From Eledone cirrhosa (lineage: Eukaryota): a DNA stretch of 64,000 bases. The DNA lies in the NCBI GenBank assembly GCA_964016885.1, contig OZ024761.1, positions 29,884,001 through 29,948,000 of the forward strand. Reading direction: 5' to 3'. The stretch's first letter is position 1. Each line of letters begins with the position of its first letter. The notes under the pieces are model-generated. The model searched no databases. It saw only the letters and a list, made by a program, of their open reading frames with translations, and had not been told where the DNA came from. Of the stretch, positions 1 to 13,551 are shown piece after piece. Made by a program: the position numbers and the translations under genes.

Positions 1-444
1 CAACAACAATACCACCACCATCCCCCACAACAGCATCATCACCACCACTATTACCACCATCAACACCAACACCAACACCATCACCATCACCATTACCATT
101 ACCATCACCACCACCAACGCCACCATCATTGTGGAGTAGATATGTGTGAAAGAGGGAAATTGCATTTTGCTTGGGCGTTTCTGAATTTTGATAAACTCAG
201 TAGTAGTGGTAGTGGCAATGGTGGTAAATCATGGTATGTATGTACATATATATATGTGTGTGTGTGTGTAAACTGCCAAAAGTTATAACAAAGAGATATT
301 GTCCCTTTTTCTCTTGTTTAAAATATACCAGATGTCTGGGAGGGGGCAGCCTTTTTGTGGTCGCTCGACCTGCAAGAAATAGCAGCTAAATTTCCACCAA
401 ACTATACAAAATTTTTTTAAAACTAAGTACCAGCAATATGCCAA

Positions 445-1563
<1,119 letters not shown>

Positions 1564-1958
1564 TGCGCATGGCTTAGTGGTTAGGGCATTGGGCTTGCAA
1601 TCGAAAGGTTGTGAGTTCAATTCTCAGACCGGGTTATGTGTTGTTTCCTTGAGCAAGACACTTTATTTCACGTTGCTCCAGTTTACTCAGCTGTAGAAAC
1701 GAGAATCTAGGACTGGGATCCCTATCATTCCACTGCAAAATGGACGTGGAGGTGCCACAGCAAAAAAGCACCCAGCACTCACTGTAAATGAGGTTGGTGT
1801 TAGGAAGGGCATCCAGCTGTAGAAGTCAAGCCAGATCAGTTGCTGTATGAGCAAGGCATGGTCAGCCGACCAGACACTGCCCACAACAGGACAACCCGTC
1901 TAACCCATGCTAGCGTGGAAGAACGGACGTAAAACGGTGATGATGCTGATGATGATGA
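1564..1958 (+). mobile_element. tRNA-derived SINE, family A
   Basis: A box TGGCTTAGTGG, B box GAGTTCAATTC, body CCTTGAGCAAGACACTTTATTTCAC, (GAT)n tail. Other copies at about 13135-13280(-), 16395-16731(-), 16880-17030(+), 21270-21525(+), 23510-23790(+), 33088-33411(+), 40950-41285(-), 62765-63167(+). Confidence 0.85.
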
Positions 1959-2074
1959 TATATGCCTTATCATAGAGTGCTGATTTTGGTACCTGCCTCA
2001 GTAAACCACAAATCTACTGAACCACCTATTATTACTACTTTTATTATTATTCTTGTGGCCGATGGATTGGCAGT

Positions 2075-2320
2075 GTCGGTAGAGCGTTGTTATTCTGAGG
2101 GTGAAAACCTGACCCAGATACTTACATACCACTAAAGTTATCAGGGACCAAAACTTCTGCACCCACATCCAGGAGAGACACATTGATGGCAAAAGATCAA
2201 GAGGAAGACCAAGGAGATGCTGGAGTGATGACATCAGGGATTGGATTAGAAGAATGTTGGTGGAGTACAGAGTTGTGTCACGAGAGAGGAGAGAAGCAAT
2301 GGTGCAGTTGTTCATGGTGC
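2075..2320 (+). mobile_element. RTE-like LINE 3' end fragment
   Basis: Translates IDGKRSRGRPRRCWSDDIRDW; similar fragments at about 8900-9110(-) and 27985-28255(+). Confidence 0.65.
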
Positions 2321-2690
2321 CCAATTCTCAGTAATGTGGGTAGGGTCATGACTAGGATGAGTTGAAGGGGAGCATTGGTGCAATTGTCCGTGGTCCCTGA
2401 CCCTCAGTAATGATGGGGTCATAGAAAGAGAGAGGAACCAGTGGGGAGCATTGAGACAATTGTCCTTGGTCCCTAACCCTCATTAATGAGGGTGGTGTTA
2501 TGAAAAGAGAGAGGAACTTGTAGGGAGCATTGTGACAATTGCCCATAGTCCCTGACCCTCAGTAATGATGGGAGAGGAGCCAGTGGAGCAATTGTCTATG
2601 CCCCCGCCCCTCGATCATTCAGTAACGAGGGTAGGAAATGAAGAAAGGAATCCTAAGGTAAAAAGAATTTAGTGTCTTCAGCACTATTAA

Positions 2691-2900
2691 CCCTTTAGCA
2701 TTTACATTACTCTATATATACTATGATATTTACTATTATATTTTCATGGTAAAGGCATAATATCGAATCTATGAAATTTTGATATTATATATTTTGTGAA
2801 CAATACCTTATCATCAGTATAAGCAGCCAGTTTCAACCAGTTTGAACAGAAAGAGGTGAGAGAATTCTGGCCGGATACGGCCAGTTTAAATGCTAAAGGG
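2691..2900. mobile_element. piggyBac-type MITE
   Basis: TTAA|CCCTTTAGCATTTA...TAAATGCTAAAGGG|TTAA: TIRs with TTAA target duplication. Copies at about 21628-21798, 39113-39322, 49069-49784. Confidence 0.8.
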
Positions 2901-4052
2901 TTAATGGCACAGAGCCACTAGTGCACAATATAATGTAGACCCAGTTACATTATGTGTAAATAGTAAGCTGGGAAGGTCACAGCTGGAATGCCGTTAATAG
3001 ATCCAGATTTAAATATAACAAGAGTCAAGTAATAGTACAGGTACTCCTTTTCTTAGGCCCAATAAGAGAAAGAGAAGCTTAATTGTAAGACGAGCAGGGA
3101 GTAACTGTGGAGATTTTTTTAATAAGAATTATTCATTTGGGGTGGTAGTGTAATACTGTGGTGCTGGGTCACGGGTAGTTGTTGTGTTGTTCTGGTGGAG
3201 TAACAGCAGTTATATTTATTGTGATAATGTGGTGGTAGTGCTGGCGTGAGAACAATTATATTGTTCAGCTAACAGTAGCAGAGACGAAGTAGTTACGTCA
3301 ATGGTGTTGTTGTTGTTGATGTAGTTTGGCAGGTTATGGAGAAATAGGGTGGGTGGGTGAGAACAGAGTGTCATGTGGACTGGCCTAACGGGCAGCAAAC
3401 GTCACGTGACTACCACCACCACCACTACTATAATCCCTATCTCCGCTACCACCACAACCACAACTATTATTTAAATGTCACTTCCCTCTGTAATTATAAC
3501 ATCCACTTAAACTTCTATATTGACTAGACACAACACCACCACCAACACATCACCCTCTACCCAGACCTTCCACTACATACACTATACCACCACCACCAAC
3601 AACACCAACAACGCCACCAACAACAACAACACAGCCCCTCCCTCTACCACCACCACCACCACTAACAACAACAAGACAAAAACAGCACCTCCCTCTGTCA
3701 CCACTACTACGCCTACTACCATACATGTTACTTACATTACACCACGTGACACGTTACACAGTTGGCGGTTAATTCAAAAATAGATTTTGCAATTTTTTCT
3801 TTTCCATTTTCGAACTTAAGCGTTTTATTCCTTCCCTCATTCCTGCCTTCCTTTTCACGTTAGTCCACCCGATTAAGCTGACAGTTCTTTTGGCCCGCTC
3901 CTTTCCTTTTCAAATTTTACAACTCGATCTTCCAACTGCCGTAGAATTTGACCGTTTCTTCAGAACTAATTCACAATTCAAGACCATCTGCTATTATTAT
4001 TTTTCTCCCTAAATACGTGAAAAAGAAAAAGCCTTCTTGAACCCTACAGAAA

Positions 4053-4352
4053 ATGGAAAACGTTAAGAGATCATTCCGTACCAGTAGACGTACCCGGCGG
4101 TACATTTCATTACGTGAAAAAGAAAACCGTTTGTTAGCCACCCCGGAATATGTGAAGAGAAAACCTGAGATCGAAGACCGGATAGATGAAGAGTGTAATA
4201 AATGTACACAGCCACAGTCACAGCCACAACTTGGAAAAGGAACCAAACCCCCGAGAAGATCCATGAGTGTCGCCAGTAATGAGAATTGTCAATTAAGTCG
4301 AAGTGCCAGTGTCAGGAAATCCGTTATGGAAGCTGTTGGAACTCTTAGAAGG
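4053..4352 (+). CDS. Uncharacterised 212-aa protein, possibly PIMREG/FAM64A-like; coding exon 1 of 4
   Basis: ATG at 4053, 100 codons (MENVKRSF...EAVGTLRR), donor AGG|GTAAGT, phase 0. Joins in frame with three downstream exons. Confidence 0.8.
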
Positions 4353-4696
4353 GTAAGTAACGTAACCTGACCTCGTCCGTTTTTTTCTTTCCTATATATA
4401 ATAGAACTGTTTAGATATAGAGAGAAGAATAGAAGTACATACATACTATTAATCAATTATTGCTAGGAACCTTAAAAATATGATACACAAAAATATATAA
4501 TCAAAGCTATAAAAAAAAAAAAAAAATGACACAAAGCCAATAATTTGGAGGGGAAAATTGATCAAATCGATGCCAGTGCATTACTGGTACTTTATGTTAT
4601 CGTCTGTTGAAATAATGAAATATCTGGTTTATGTATTTTCAAAAATGAGTTCGTTACGCATTCAGTAGATGGAAGTTGCAGAAGCCCGTCGTGTGA

Positions 4697-4744
<48 letters not shown>

Positions 4745-5559
4745 ATATATATATATACATATATACCCCCCCCCCCCCCAACATATATAGATATATATAT
4801 GTATAAACTCGGTGTCTGTCTTGTCATTTCTCTAACTATATATATACACGTGTGTCCCGTAACTTAGCGTTTTGGCAGGAAAGAGATCGATAAAGTAAGC
4901 ACCAGACTTGACAGAATGTCGACAGACCATTCGTGTACTGAGGAAAGAGGTTCGATGTAGAAGATCGATTATTCGATTTCTTAATGAGATGAGCTTGTCA
5001 GGACGCGATATTGGCCCAACGTGAAATTTTGTCTAATACTTTATCTTGGGCGTCACCTGTCTTGGTTGACTCTCTCACAGGAGGTACCACATCTAATATG
5101 GGTGTCTAGTGGTGTACGTGTGTGTATATTTGAGTATGTGGTGTACATATATGTGTGTGTGTGCATGTATATATATATGTGTATGTGTGTGCGATGTGTA
5201 TTGAGTGTATTATCGAGGCAAAAGGCCTACAGGGACAGACTTATAGTTCATATTACTGTTGGTACTTAAGTGTCTTGCTACTTCTGTTGAGATAACATAA
5301 CATACTTCTGTCAGAGTGTTTGAGAGAGAGAAAGAGAGACTAATCAGTCACTTGTATCATGTTACACACATAAAGCTAGACACTTACACACAGCTGGAAA
5401 TACACACACATGCAGCGAGACACACACAGCTGGAAACACACATTTCAAGGATATCAAATATTTTATGTCCAGTCTGTCACAACCAACACAGCTGCCCTCT
5501 AATGGTTGCTGTCTCAGTTTAGAGACACCATGGTCGCTGTACTCAGCGTCCATCCCGCC

Positions 5560-6000
5560 TTGCCCGGGCTTCGGTTAATGCCCAAAGACGATGTCTGCAT
5601 TCTCAGCTCTTCAATTCTCTCTAAAGCCACACGAGAGTGCCTTGGAGACCAAGCATGCAAACCTGTCAAGGGTAACAGAGGGGTTACGCTCGTTGATGTC
5701 CACCCGTCGATCTTCCTTCCGATGAACTGCTTCGCCCTTACCAGTGTGGTGCGCTTTAGGGAAATTAATGCCACCATCCGATACAGTGCGGAACTCATCT
5801 GCAATGTTAGTTTCGACAACACCGGCTGGCAACAGGCGAAGCTGCCCGTGAGGTTTGATGGCCTCAGCCTCCAATCTGCATTGGATCTGGTACTGTGGGC
5901 CTACCTCGCCTCCTGTTGTACCCTCATCAATGAGGTCCTCAGTATGACAGCAGAACCTGAGCTAGCTCAAGTAGTGGAGTTAGCTCAGGCCAGTTTGAAC
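5560..6000 (+). mobile_element. Degenerate non-LTR retrotransposon fragment (CRE/R2-like RT thumb region)
   Basis: WQQAKLPVRFDGLSLQSA resembles the WxQAxLPxxxGGLG motif; lies in intron 1 of the first gene. Confidence 0.5.
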
Positions 6001-6171
6001 GGCAAAGGCCTGACACCCAAGTATTTTTACTCCATTCCAATACCTCACAGTTTGAAATTAGTCCAGCTGTTTTCATTGGTTGCTTCTACTTTGTGGTAGT
6101 GGTGGTAATGGTGAAGATAATAGTTGTGGTATTTAGATAATATGCCTAAGTGGGATGGTAACATTAGTGTG

Positions 6172-6233
<62 letters not shown>

Positions 6234-6568
6234 TGTGTGTGTGTAGATATATCTATGTATATATGTGTGTATATGATTACATAACTATTAGTTCTTTTTC
6301 AGTTTTGTGTGTATATATATAAATGTGTGTGTGTATATGTATATATATGTGTGTGTGAGGTCAATATCCAACCGTCTGTAATGACACCCTGAAGTGGTGT
6401 GAACAAAATATCTAGGGAATGTGTGTGTGTGTGTGTGGATGTATACGAGAAATGTATGTTTGTGTGTCTGAGGGATATGTGTGTATGGTGAGGAATGTAT
6501 GTGTGTGTTTCTCGGTGAGGGATGCATGTGTGTGTGTATGTTTTAGGGATATATATATATATGACTCC

Positions 6569-6599
<31 letters not shown>

Positions 6600-7246
6600 G
6601 TAATAATAATAAATGTGAAGACTAAAATCCAAAGAGGGCTCGATAAGGATAAATATATATCAGATATATAAGAACAGTAGAGCAAATATTTATTAAAATA
6701 ACAGATTAAAGTTTAAGCATATATATATATGTGTGTGTGTGTATATTTGAGGGATGTGTGTGTGTGTATTTGAGGGATATATGTGTGTTTGAGAGATGTG
6801 TGTGTGTGTGTGTGTGAGAGAGGTATGTATGTGTTGGTGTGTATATGTGTGTTAGGGGTATGTGCAAGAGTGAAGAATGTATGTATGTGTGTGTGCATTT
6901 GAGGGAAATATGGGGGGGGGGGGCAGTGCTTAGTATTTATTAGCTTGTGATACACAATTTTGAATGTGATGATGGTGATAAAAGGATATGATGATGATAA
7001 AGGTGATGTGACAATGGTGATAATGATGGTGACAATGATAATGTTGGTGTTGGTGATGACGATGCTGATGGTGGGTGGTATGGTATGATAAAGGTGATGT
7101 GACAATGATAATGTTGGCGTTGATGATGATGGTGATAAAGGTGATGTGATAATGTTGGTGGTGATGATGATGGTATGGTGATAAAGGTGATGTGACAATG
7201 ATGATGCTGACTGATGGTTTGGTTTTCTTTTCTCGTTAACTTTCAG

Positions 7247-7419
7247 AAATTCTCTTCAACTGCTCAACTGATGAGTCAAGCAAGTCTGGGTGAAGTAGGC
7301 AGACGTCGGTCCCTGAGGATAGCTGCGCAGACACCACCTCGCTATGGCCACAGAACTAATTGCATCTACTCTCCTTTCACTTTTGAAACACCAGAGAAAC
7401 GTAAAGCAGACCGCAAATG
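7247..7419 (+). CDS. Uncharacterised protein, exon 2
   Basis: Pyrimidine tract and TTTCAG acceptor; encodes KFSSTAQLMSQ...RRRSLRIAAQTPP...YSPFTFETPEKRKADRK; donor TG|GTGAGG, phase 2. Confidence 0.8.
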
Positions 7420-7477
7420 GTGAGGACAGTGTCAAAAATTTGTTGTTTGAATATGTTTGAATATTTGTTGTTTGAAC

Positions 7478-8112
7478 ACAGCAGCAGTAGTAGTAATTAC
7501 AAAGGACAGTTACAGCATTTGAACTCTGTCAGTAAAGTCAGCACTCTAACCACTGATCCACTGTAATATATTTAACCAAACAACAACTGTAGTTATGAAG
7601 GGCAGTTACAGAACTTAAACTCTCTTCCTCTTGGTCAGTAAAATCCAGCACTTTAACCACTGTAGTATACAACAACAACAACAGCAGCAGTAGTAGCAGT
7701 AGTTTTAAAGGGTAGTTACAGCATTTGAACTTTCGTCCTCTTGGTCAGTCAAGTCCAGCACTCTAACCACTGATCCACTGTAATATATTTAACAACAGCA
7801 ACAGTAGTAGTTAATAAGGGCCATTACAGCATTTGAACTTCATCCTCTCGGTCAATACAGTCTAACACTTTAACCCACTGACCCACTGTAGTATATTTAA
7901 CAACAGCAACAGTAGTAGTTAATAAGGGCCATTACAGCATTTGAACTTTCGTCCTCTTGGTCTGTCAAGTCCAGCACTCTAACCACTGATCCACTGTAAT
8001 ATATTTAACAACAGCAACAGTAGTAGTTATAAAGGGCCATTACGGCATTTGAACTTCATCCTCTCGGTCAATACAGTCTAACACTTTAACCCACTGACCC
8101 ACTGTAGTATAT
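7478..8112. repeat. Tandem array of about 108-bp units containing a tRNA/SINE-head-like segment on the minus strand
   Basis: Six units sharing GCATTTGAACT...AGCACTCTAACCACTGATCCACTGTA. Confidence 0.85.
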
Positions 8113-8137
8113 TTTGCTCTTTTTCATTGTTTTCCAG

Positions 8138-8251
8138 GTGTGATATTGAAACCCCTACCAAGCTAAGGCGGGAGGTGGAGGCTCTGACTGCTGACATGCA
8201 AGCTTTAGCATCTCTCACACCAAATACACTGCGCAATCGCGCAAATTCACG
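8138..8251 (+). CDS. Uncharacterised protein, exon 3
   Basis: TTTCCAG acceptor; (W)CDIETPTKLRREVEALTADMQALASLTPNTLRNRANS; donor CG|GTAAGG; frame consistent with exon 2. Confidence 0.8.
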
Positions 8252-8310
8252 GTAAGGTCATTGCTGCATCTTGGTGGGGTTGGGGTAAGGAGGGAATCTG
8301 TTAAAGCGAG

Positions 8311-8365
<55 letters not shown>

Positions 8366-9631
8366 GTGTGTGTGTATATATATGTATGTATGTGTGTGTG
8401 TGTGTATACACTTTGTATGCATGTGTGTGTGTATACACTTTGTATGCATGTATGTGTGTGTGTGTATATACATTTTGTATATGTGTGTGTGAATATACAC
8501 TTTGTATATTTGTGTGTAAATACACTTTGTATCATCATCATCATCATCATCATCGTTTAACGTCTATCTTCCACGCTAGCATGGGTTAGACGGGAATTGT
8601 CCTACTTGAGGTAAGGTTGGTCGGGTGACCGTGTCTCACTCGTATAGGACTATCTGGCAGGTTTTCTACGGCTGGATGCCCTTCCTAACACCAACCACAT
8701 TTACAGTGTGGACTGGGAGCTTTTTACCGTGTTACCTACACGACCACATTACAGCGTGGACTGTGTTTTTTGTCGTGACACCTACACGATCTCATTAGTT
8801 TGGACTGGATGTTGTGGTACCAACATAATTTTACAGAGAAAGGGCAGTAGTGGGGTAGTGGGTTGGGGTGTGTTTGATTTGGAGGGGCCTACTGACTAGG
8901 TTAACTTTGCACATAGAGGTGGGTCTTCTGTAATACTTCGTGCCGCCAAAGATCTCGATCCAGTGACATTGTCTTACAGCGGTGCAAGTGTGCAAGGTCG
9001 GACTTTATCATGTCGTCCCAGGTTTTTCTGGGTCTACCTACTCCATAACTTCCATCAATTTTGATCGCCCTGCACTTTTTTATACAGCTGCCGTCTTTCA
9101 TGCGCATCACGTGATATTTATATTTATATTTGTGTGTATATACACTATATATGTATGTGTATATATACACTTTGTATATATGCATGTATGTGTATATACA
9201 TCTTGTATATATATACATATATATATGTGTGTTTGTGGTTGAGTATGTGAGTGTGTGAGTTTATGGTTGAGTATCTGTGTGTGTTTATGGTTGAGTATGT
9301 GTGTGTGTGATTGGGGGTATATGTGTAATAATTGTTTCTACATTTGGCACAAGGCCAGCAATTATCCAGTACGTTACTGGTACTTTATTTTATGCCGTAA
9401 GGATGAAAGGCAAAGTTAAGCTCGTCAGGATTTGAACTCAGATCGTAAAGGGACGTAACTATGCTGGAAAGCATGGCGTCCGACCCTCTACCAATACTGC
9501 CAATTCACCGCCCTTGTGTAATAATGTTTGTGCGTATGTGTGCCTTCTATTTTTACCATTATTGTTGTTGTTGTTGTTGTAGTGTCTCCACCACTTAATT
9601 GTCTTCTTTTTATTTTCCCCACCAAAAATAG

Positions 9632-9683
9632 GAAGTCACCAAAAAGACTGAACCAACCGAAGAAATACCAGACTGTGGTGTGA
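9632..9683 (+). CDS. Uncharacterised protein, terminal exon 4
   Basis: Pyrimidine tract and ATAG acceptor; (R)KSPKRLNQPKKYQTVV-TGA. Total CDS 300+173+114+52 = 639 nt. Confidence 0.65.
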
Positions 9684-9854
9684 ACAAATTACTTCATCTC
9701 TACCACCGATATTAACTTATATATTATATATATACATATATATATATCATATATTTACATATATATACATATATATTATATATGTGTATATATCACATAT
9801 ATATCTTATATATACATTTTATCTTTTTATCTTTATAGCTGCCATGAAAGATGG

Positions 9855-10340
9855 GAGATTGAGTGTGATATCCCCTGAGTCACTCAAGTTGAGTGTGATT
9901 TCTCTTGAGTCACTCAAGTAGAGTGTGATATGTTTCGTGTCACTCGAGTTGAGTGTGATATGTTTCGAGTCACTCAAGTTCAGTGTGGCATGTTTTGAAT
10001 CATTCGAGTTGGGCATAATAAACTTTGAGTAACTCAAGTGAGTGTGATATGTATGTCTTGAGTCACTCAAGTTGAGTGTGTAATATGAATATCTTGAGTC
10101 ACTCGAGTTAAGTGTGATGCGTGTCTTGAGTCACTCAAGATGAGTGTGCAATATATATGCTTTGAGTTACTCAAGTTGTGTGCATATGTGTATCTTGAGT
10201 CACTCAAGGTGTGTGCATATGTATGTTTTGTGTGTGTAATGTGTATACTTTGAGTCATTCAAGTTGAGTGTGTAATGTATGCTTTGAGTCACTCAAGTTG
10301 AGTATGTGATATGAATGACTTGAGTCACTCACGATGAGTG
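9855..10340. repeat. About 30-bp minisatellite with palindromic core CTTGAGT-C-ACTCAAG
   Basis: About 15 units immediately downstream of the first gene's stop codon. Confidence 0.9.
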
Positions 10341-11924
10341 ATAGCTTATGAAAAAAATGGAAACCCAGTGGAAGAAATGTGTTCCTTCCATTTTTGATGA
10401 ATATTTTAAATTTGTATTTTTTAAGTTTATTTTCTATATAGCCATGCTCCCTAAATACATATATCTATATGGAAACATACATTATATAGAAAGTATATAT
10501 ATTATGTGAATATCATGAACTAACTTTAGAATCAACGTTTTGTTTTTAGGGGGTTTTTAATATACTCCCCTCCCCTTCCCTCGCCTCTCCCTAGGGTTTT
10601 GAAGTTGGTATGGAGGGTGGGAGGGGGGCATGTGTTCCAAACAACCCCGACCTTGACCTGTGGCTTGTTTGACCTGGCCTATCTTACTTACTCTCTCTAT
10701 TTGACCTCTCTCCACCCAACTTCATCTCCCTTCACTCCCTAATTTCACCCCATTTGCACTAATGTGACCCCTCTTGCACCCAACTGACCTCAGTGATAAA
10801 AATATGCTAAAGTAACTTCTCCCTTATTTTGTTTTATTTTGTTTTAGTTCTTATAAAGTATTTTAATATTTCTTTTGTATATTTGTCCTTGTTCTATCTT
10901 TTTTTTATTTTTGGTTATAGTGTTCCCTATTGTTTTTAATATATGATGGCTCCATGTTGACCTTCAGGTCAGCGCCCAAAATATTGCCAAATATTTCCTC
11001 ATTAACCCTTTCATTACTATATTCTAATGAAAGGCTCTGTCTATGTCATTAACCCTTTCATTACTATAATCTAATAAAAGACACTGTCTATGTCATTAAC
11101 CCTTTCATTACTATATTTCTAATTAAAGATACTTTATGTCATTAACCCATTCATTACTATATGTGTAATGAAAGACACTGCCTATAATTTTCGACTTAAT
11201 CAAGAATTTACCAGGATTTAATAATATAACTAACTTTCTCAGTATTTATCTGGTGTTTGGAATATAACTTAACAAAGGTTCTTACATAAAAGCCTGATGG
11301 CAGGTTTTCTAGATAAATATAAACATTTTAACCTTTCCATTACCATATTTCTAATGAAAGATTACTTGATGATGATTTTCAATTAATTTTGAAAATAATT
11401 ATGAATTTGGAGGGATTTAGTAATATAAGTTTTTTATTAATAAGTTAATGTTAAGAAGTGAATTGGTGGGATTGTTTGACCGTCGGACACACTGACCACT
11501 AAATCATGTACCTTCACACAATACACACACACATCTTTGATGTAACCAAGAGATTTCATCTTTTTATAGAAATATCTCTAAAACCCTAGGCTCCCTGTGT
11601 GTATACTCCTGAATGCTGCACATATACACCAGCTGTATATATATATATATAAATACATCTCGACAGTCGATCAACAAGATCCCAGACTTCATTCACTTAA
11701 CGAGTGGGGTGGCGCTTGTGAAATTGGACCGAGGAAACAATGTTTCCGTTGGTCTTTCTAATTGCTAATACTATCTGTCGGTTGCAAGTATAGGAAGAAG
11801 GAGCAATGTGAAATAAAGTGTCTTCCTAAAGGTCTTAACACATCACCTGGTCTGGGAATCGAACTCACAATCTCACGTTTGCGAATCCAACATAATATCC
11901 AAAATATTATTATTATTACTATTA

Positions 11925-12800
11925 CTTTATGTCCCTTTACGATCTGAGTTCAAATCCTGCCAAGGTTAGCTTTGCCTTTCATTCTTACGGGGTCGATAAA
12001 ATAAAGTACCAGTTTAGCACTGGGGTCAAATTAATCGACTATATAAGAAACCATTATCCCGCCGAGGTTGACTTTGCCTTTCATCCTTACGGGGTCGATA
12101 AAATAAAGTACCAGTAATGCACTGGGTAATTGCTGGCCTTGTGCCTAAAGTAGAAACAATTATTATTATTTGTTGTTGTAAGGGCGGTGGATTGGCAGTA
12201 TCAGTAGTAGGTCGGACTTTGAATCATAGTGTTATGGCCCTTTATGATCCGAGTTCAAATCCCGCTGAGGTTAACTTTGCCTTTCATCCTTACAAGGTCG
12301 ATAAAATAAAGTACCAGTCATGCACTGGTGTCAAATTAATCGACTTTCCCCTCTCCTCTCAAAATTGTTTGCCTTGTGCCTATATAAGAAACCATTATTA
12401 TTATTATTTGTTGTTGTAAGGGCGGTGGATTGGCAGTATCGGTAAAGGGTCGGATGCCATGCTTTCCAGCGTAGTTATGTCCCTTTACGATCTGAGTTCA
12501 AATCCCGCCGAGGTTAACTTTGCCTTTCATCCTTACGGGGTCGATAAAATAAAGTACCAGTAATGCACTGGGTTATTGCTGGCCTTGTGCCTAAAGTAGA
12601 AACAATTATTATTATTATTATGCTTTGTAGCATAGTTACGCCCCTTTACGGTCTGCGTTCAAATCCCGCCGAGGTTAACTTTGCCTTTCATCCTTACAGG
12701 GTCGATAAAATAAAGTACCAGTAATGCATTGGGGTCGATTTAATCGACTTTCCCCTCCCCCCAAATTACTGGCCCTGTGCCTATACTAGAAATCATTACA
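11925..12800 (+). mobile_element. Tandem cluster of tRNA-derived SINE family B (Meta-domain-like core)
   Basis: About six partial or complete head-to-tail copies of GAGTTCAAATCCCGCCGAGGTTAACTTTGCCTTTCATCCTTACGGGGTCGATAAAATAAAGTACCAG with (TTA)n tails. Confidence 0.85.
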
Positions 12801-13551
12801 AAATCATTATTTGTTGTTGTTGTTGTAAAAATAGACTGTCACTCCCAACCTAGTTCTTGTCTTGTACTGGTCCATAGTTCGACCCTGTGGCTCCAACCCC
12901 AGGCCCTTCAATGCAGCTTCAGTAACTTTCGTAATATCTGTGTGTGGGTGTGTATGTGTTTCAATATCTGTGTGTGTGTATATCACAATGTATGTTTATG
13001 CGTCACAATATCTGTGCATGTGTGTGTGTGTGTGTGTGTGACAGCTCACACCTATGCAGGTTTAGCTGGTCTCCTCCAAGGTATATCTCGTTGGAGGTGT
13101 CTTGGGTGATTTAATGATAGGTGACCCCAGTCCCTATCATCTCATTTCTACAGCTGAGTAAGCTGGAGCAATGTGAAATAAAGTGCCTTGCTCAAGGAAA
13201 CAACACATCACCCGGTCCGAGAATTGAACTCACAACCTTTCGATTGCAAGCCCAATGCTCTAACCACGAAGCCATGCACCTTCACATCTGTGTATGTGTA
13301 TGTACCTGAATATTTGTGTGTGTGTGTGTGTGCCACTCTCCATTCCACTAACACGTGTATTTCTGTAAAAACATGTCTCAATATAGTGATGTTCTTGTTT
13401 ATTTTGTATTTTTCTGTCTTGGTTAAATCCTAATATTTTCAGATTTTCACATTACTCTATCATGTGTTCCAGCCGTCGGGCTGAGGCCATGCTGGAGCAC
13501 CACCATGCTTGTATATATATATATAAATAAACTGCTGGACATTGGTCTGAT

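Noticed and set aside
1564-1640. SINE heads as tRNA genes
   Set aside because: A and B boxes are present but there is no acceptor-stem pairing, and they continue into shared SINE bodies.
9855-10340. Palindromic repeats with variable linkers as a CRISPR array
   Set aside because: Linkers are short and homologous to each other, so this is a minisatellite.
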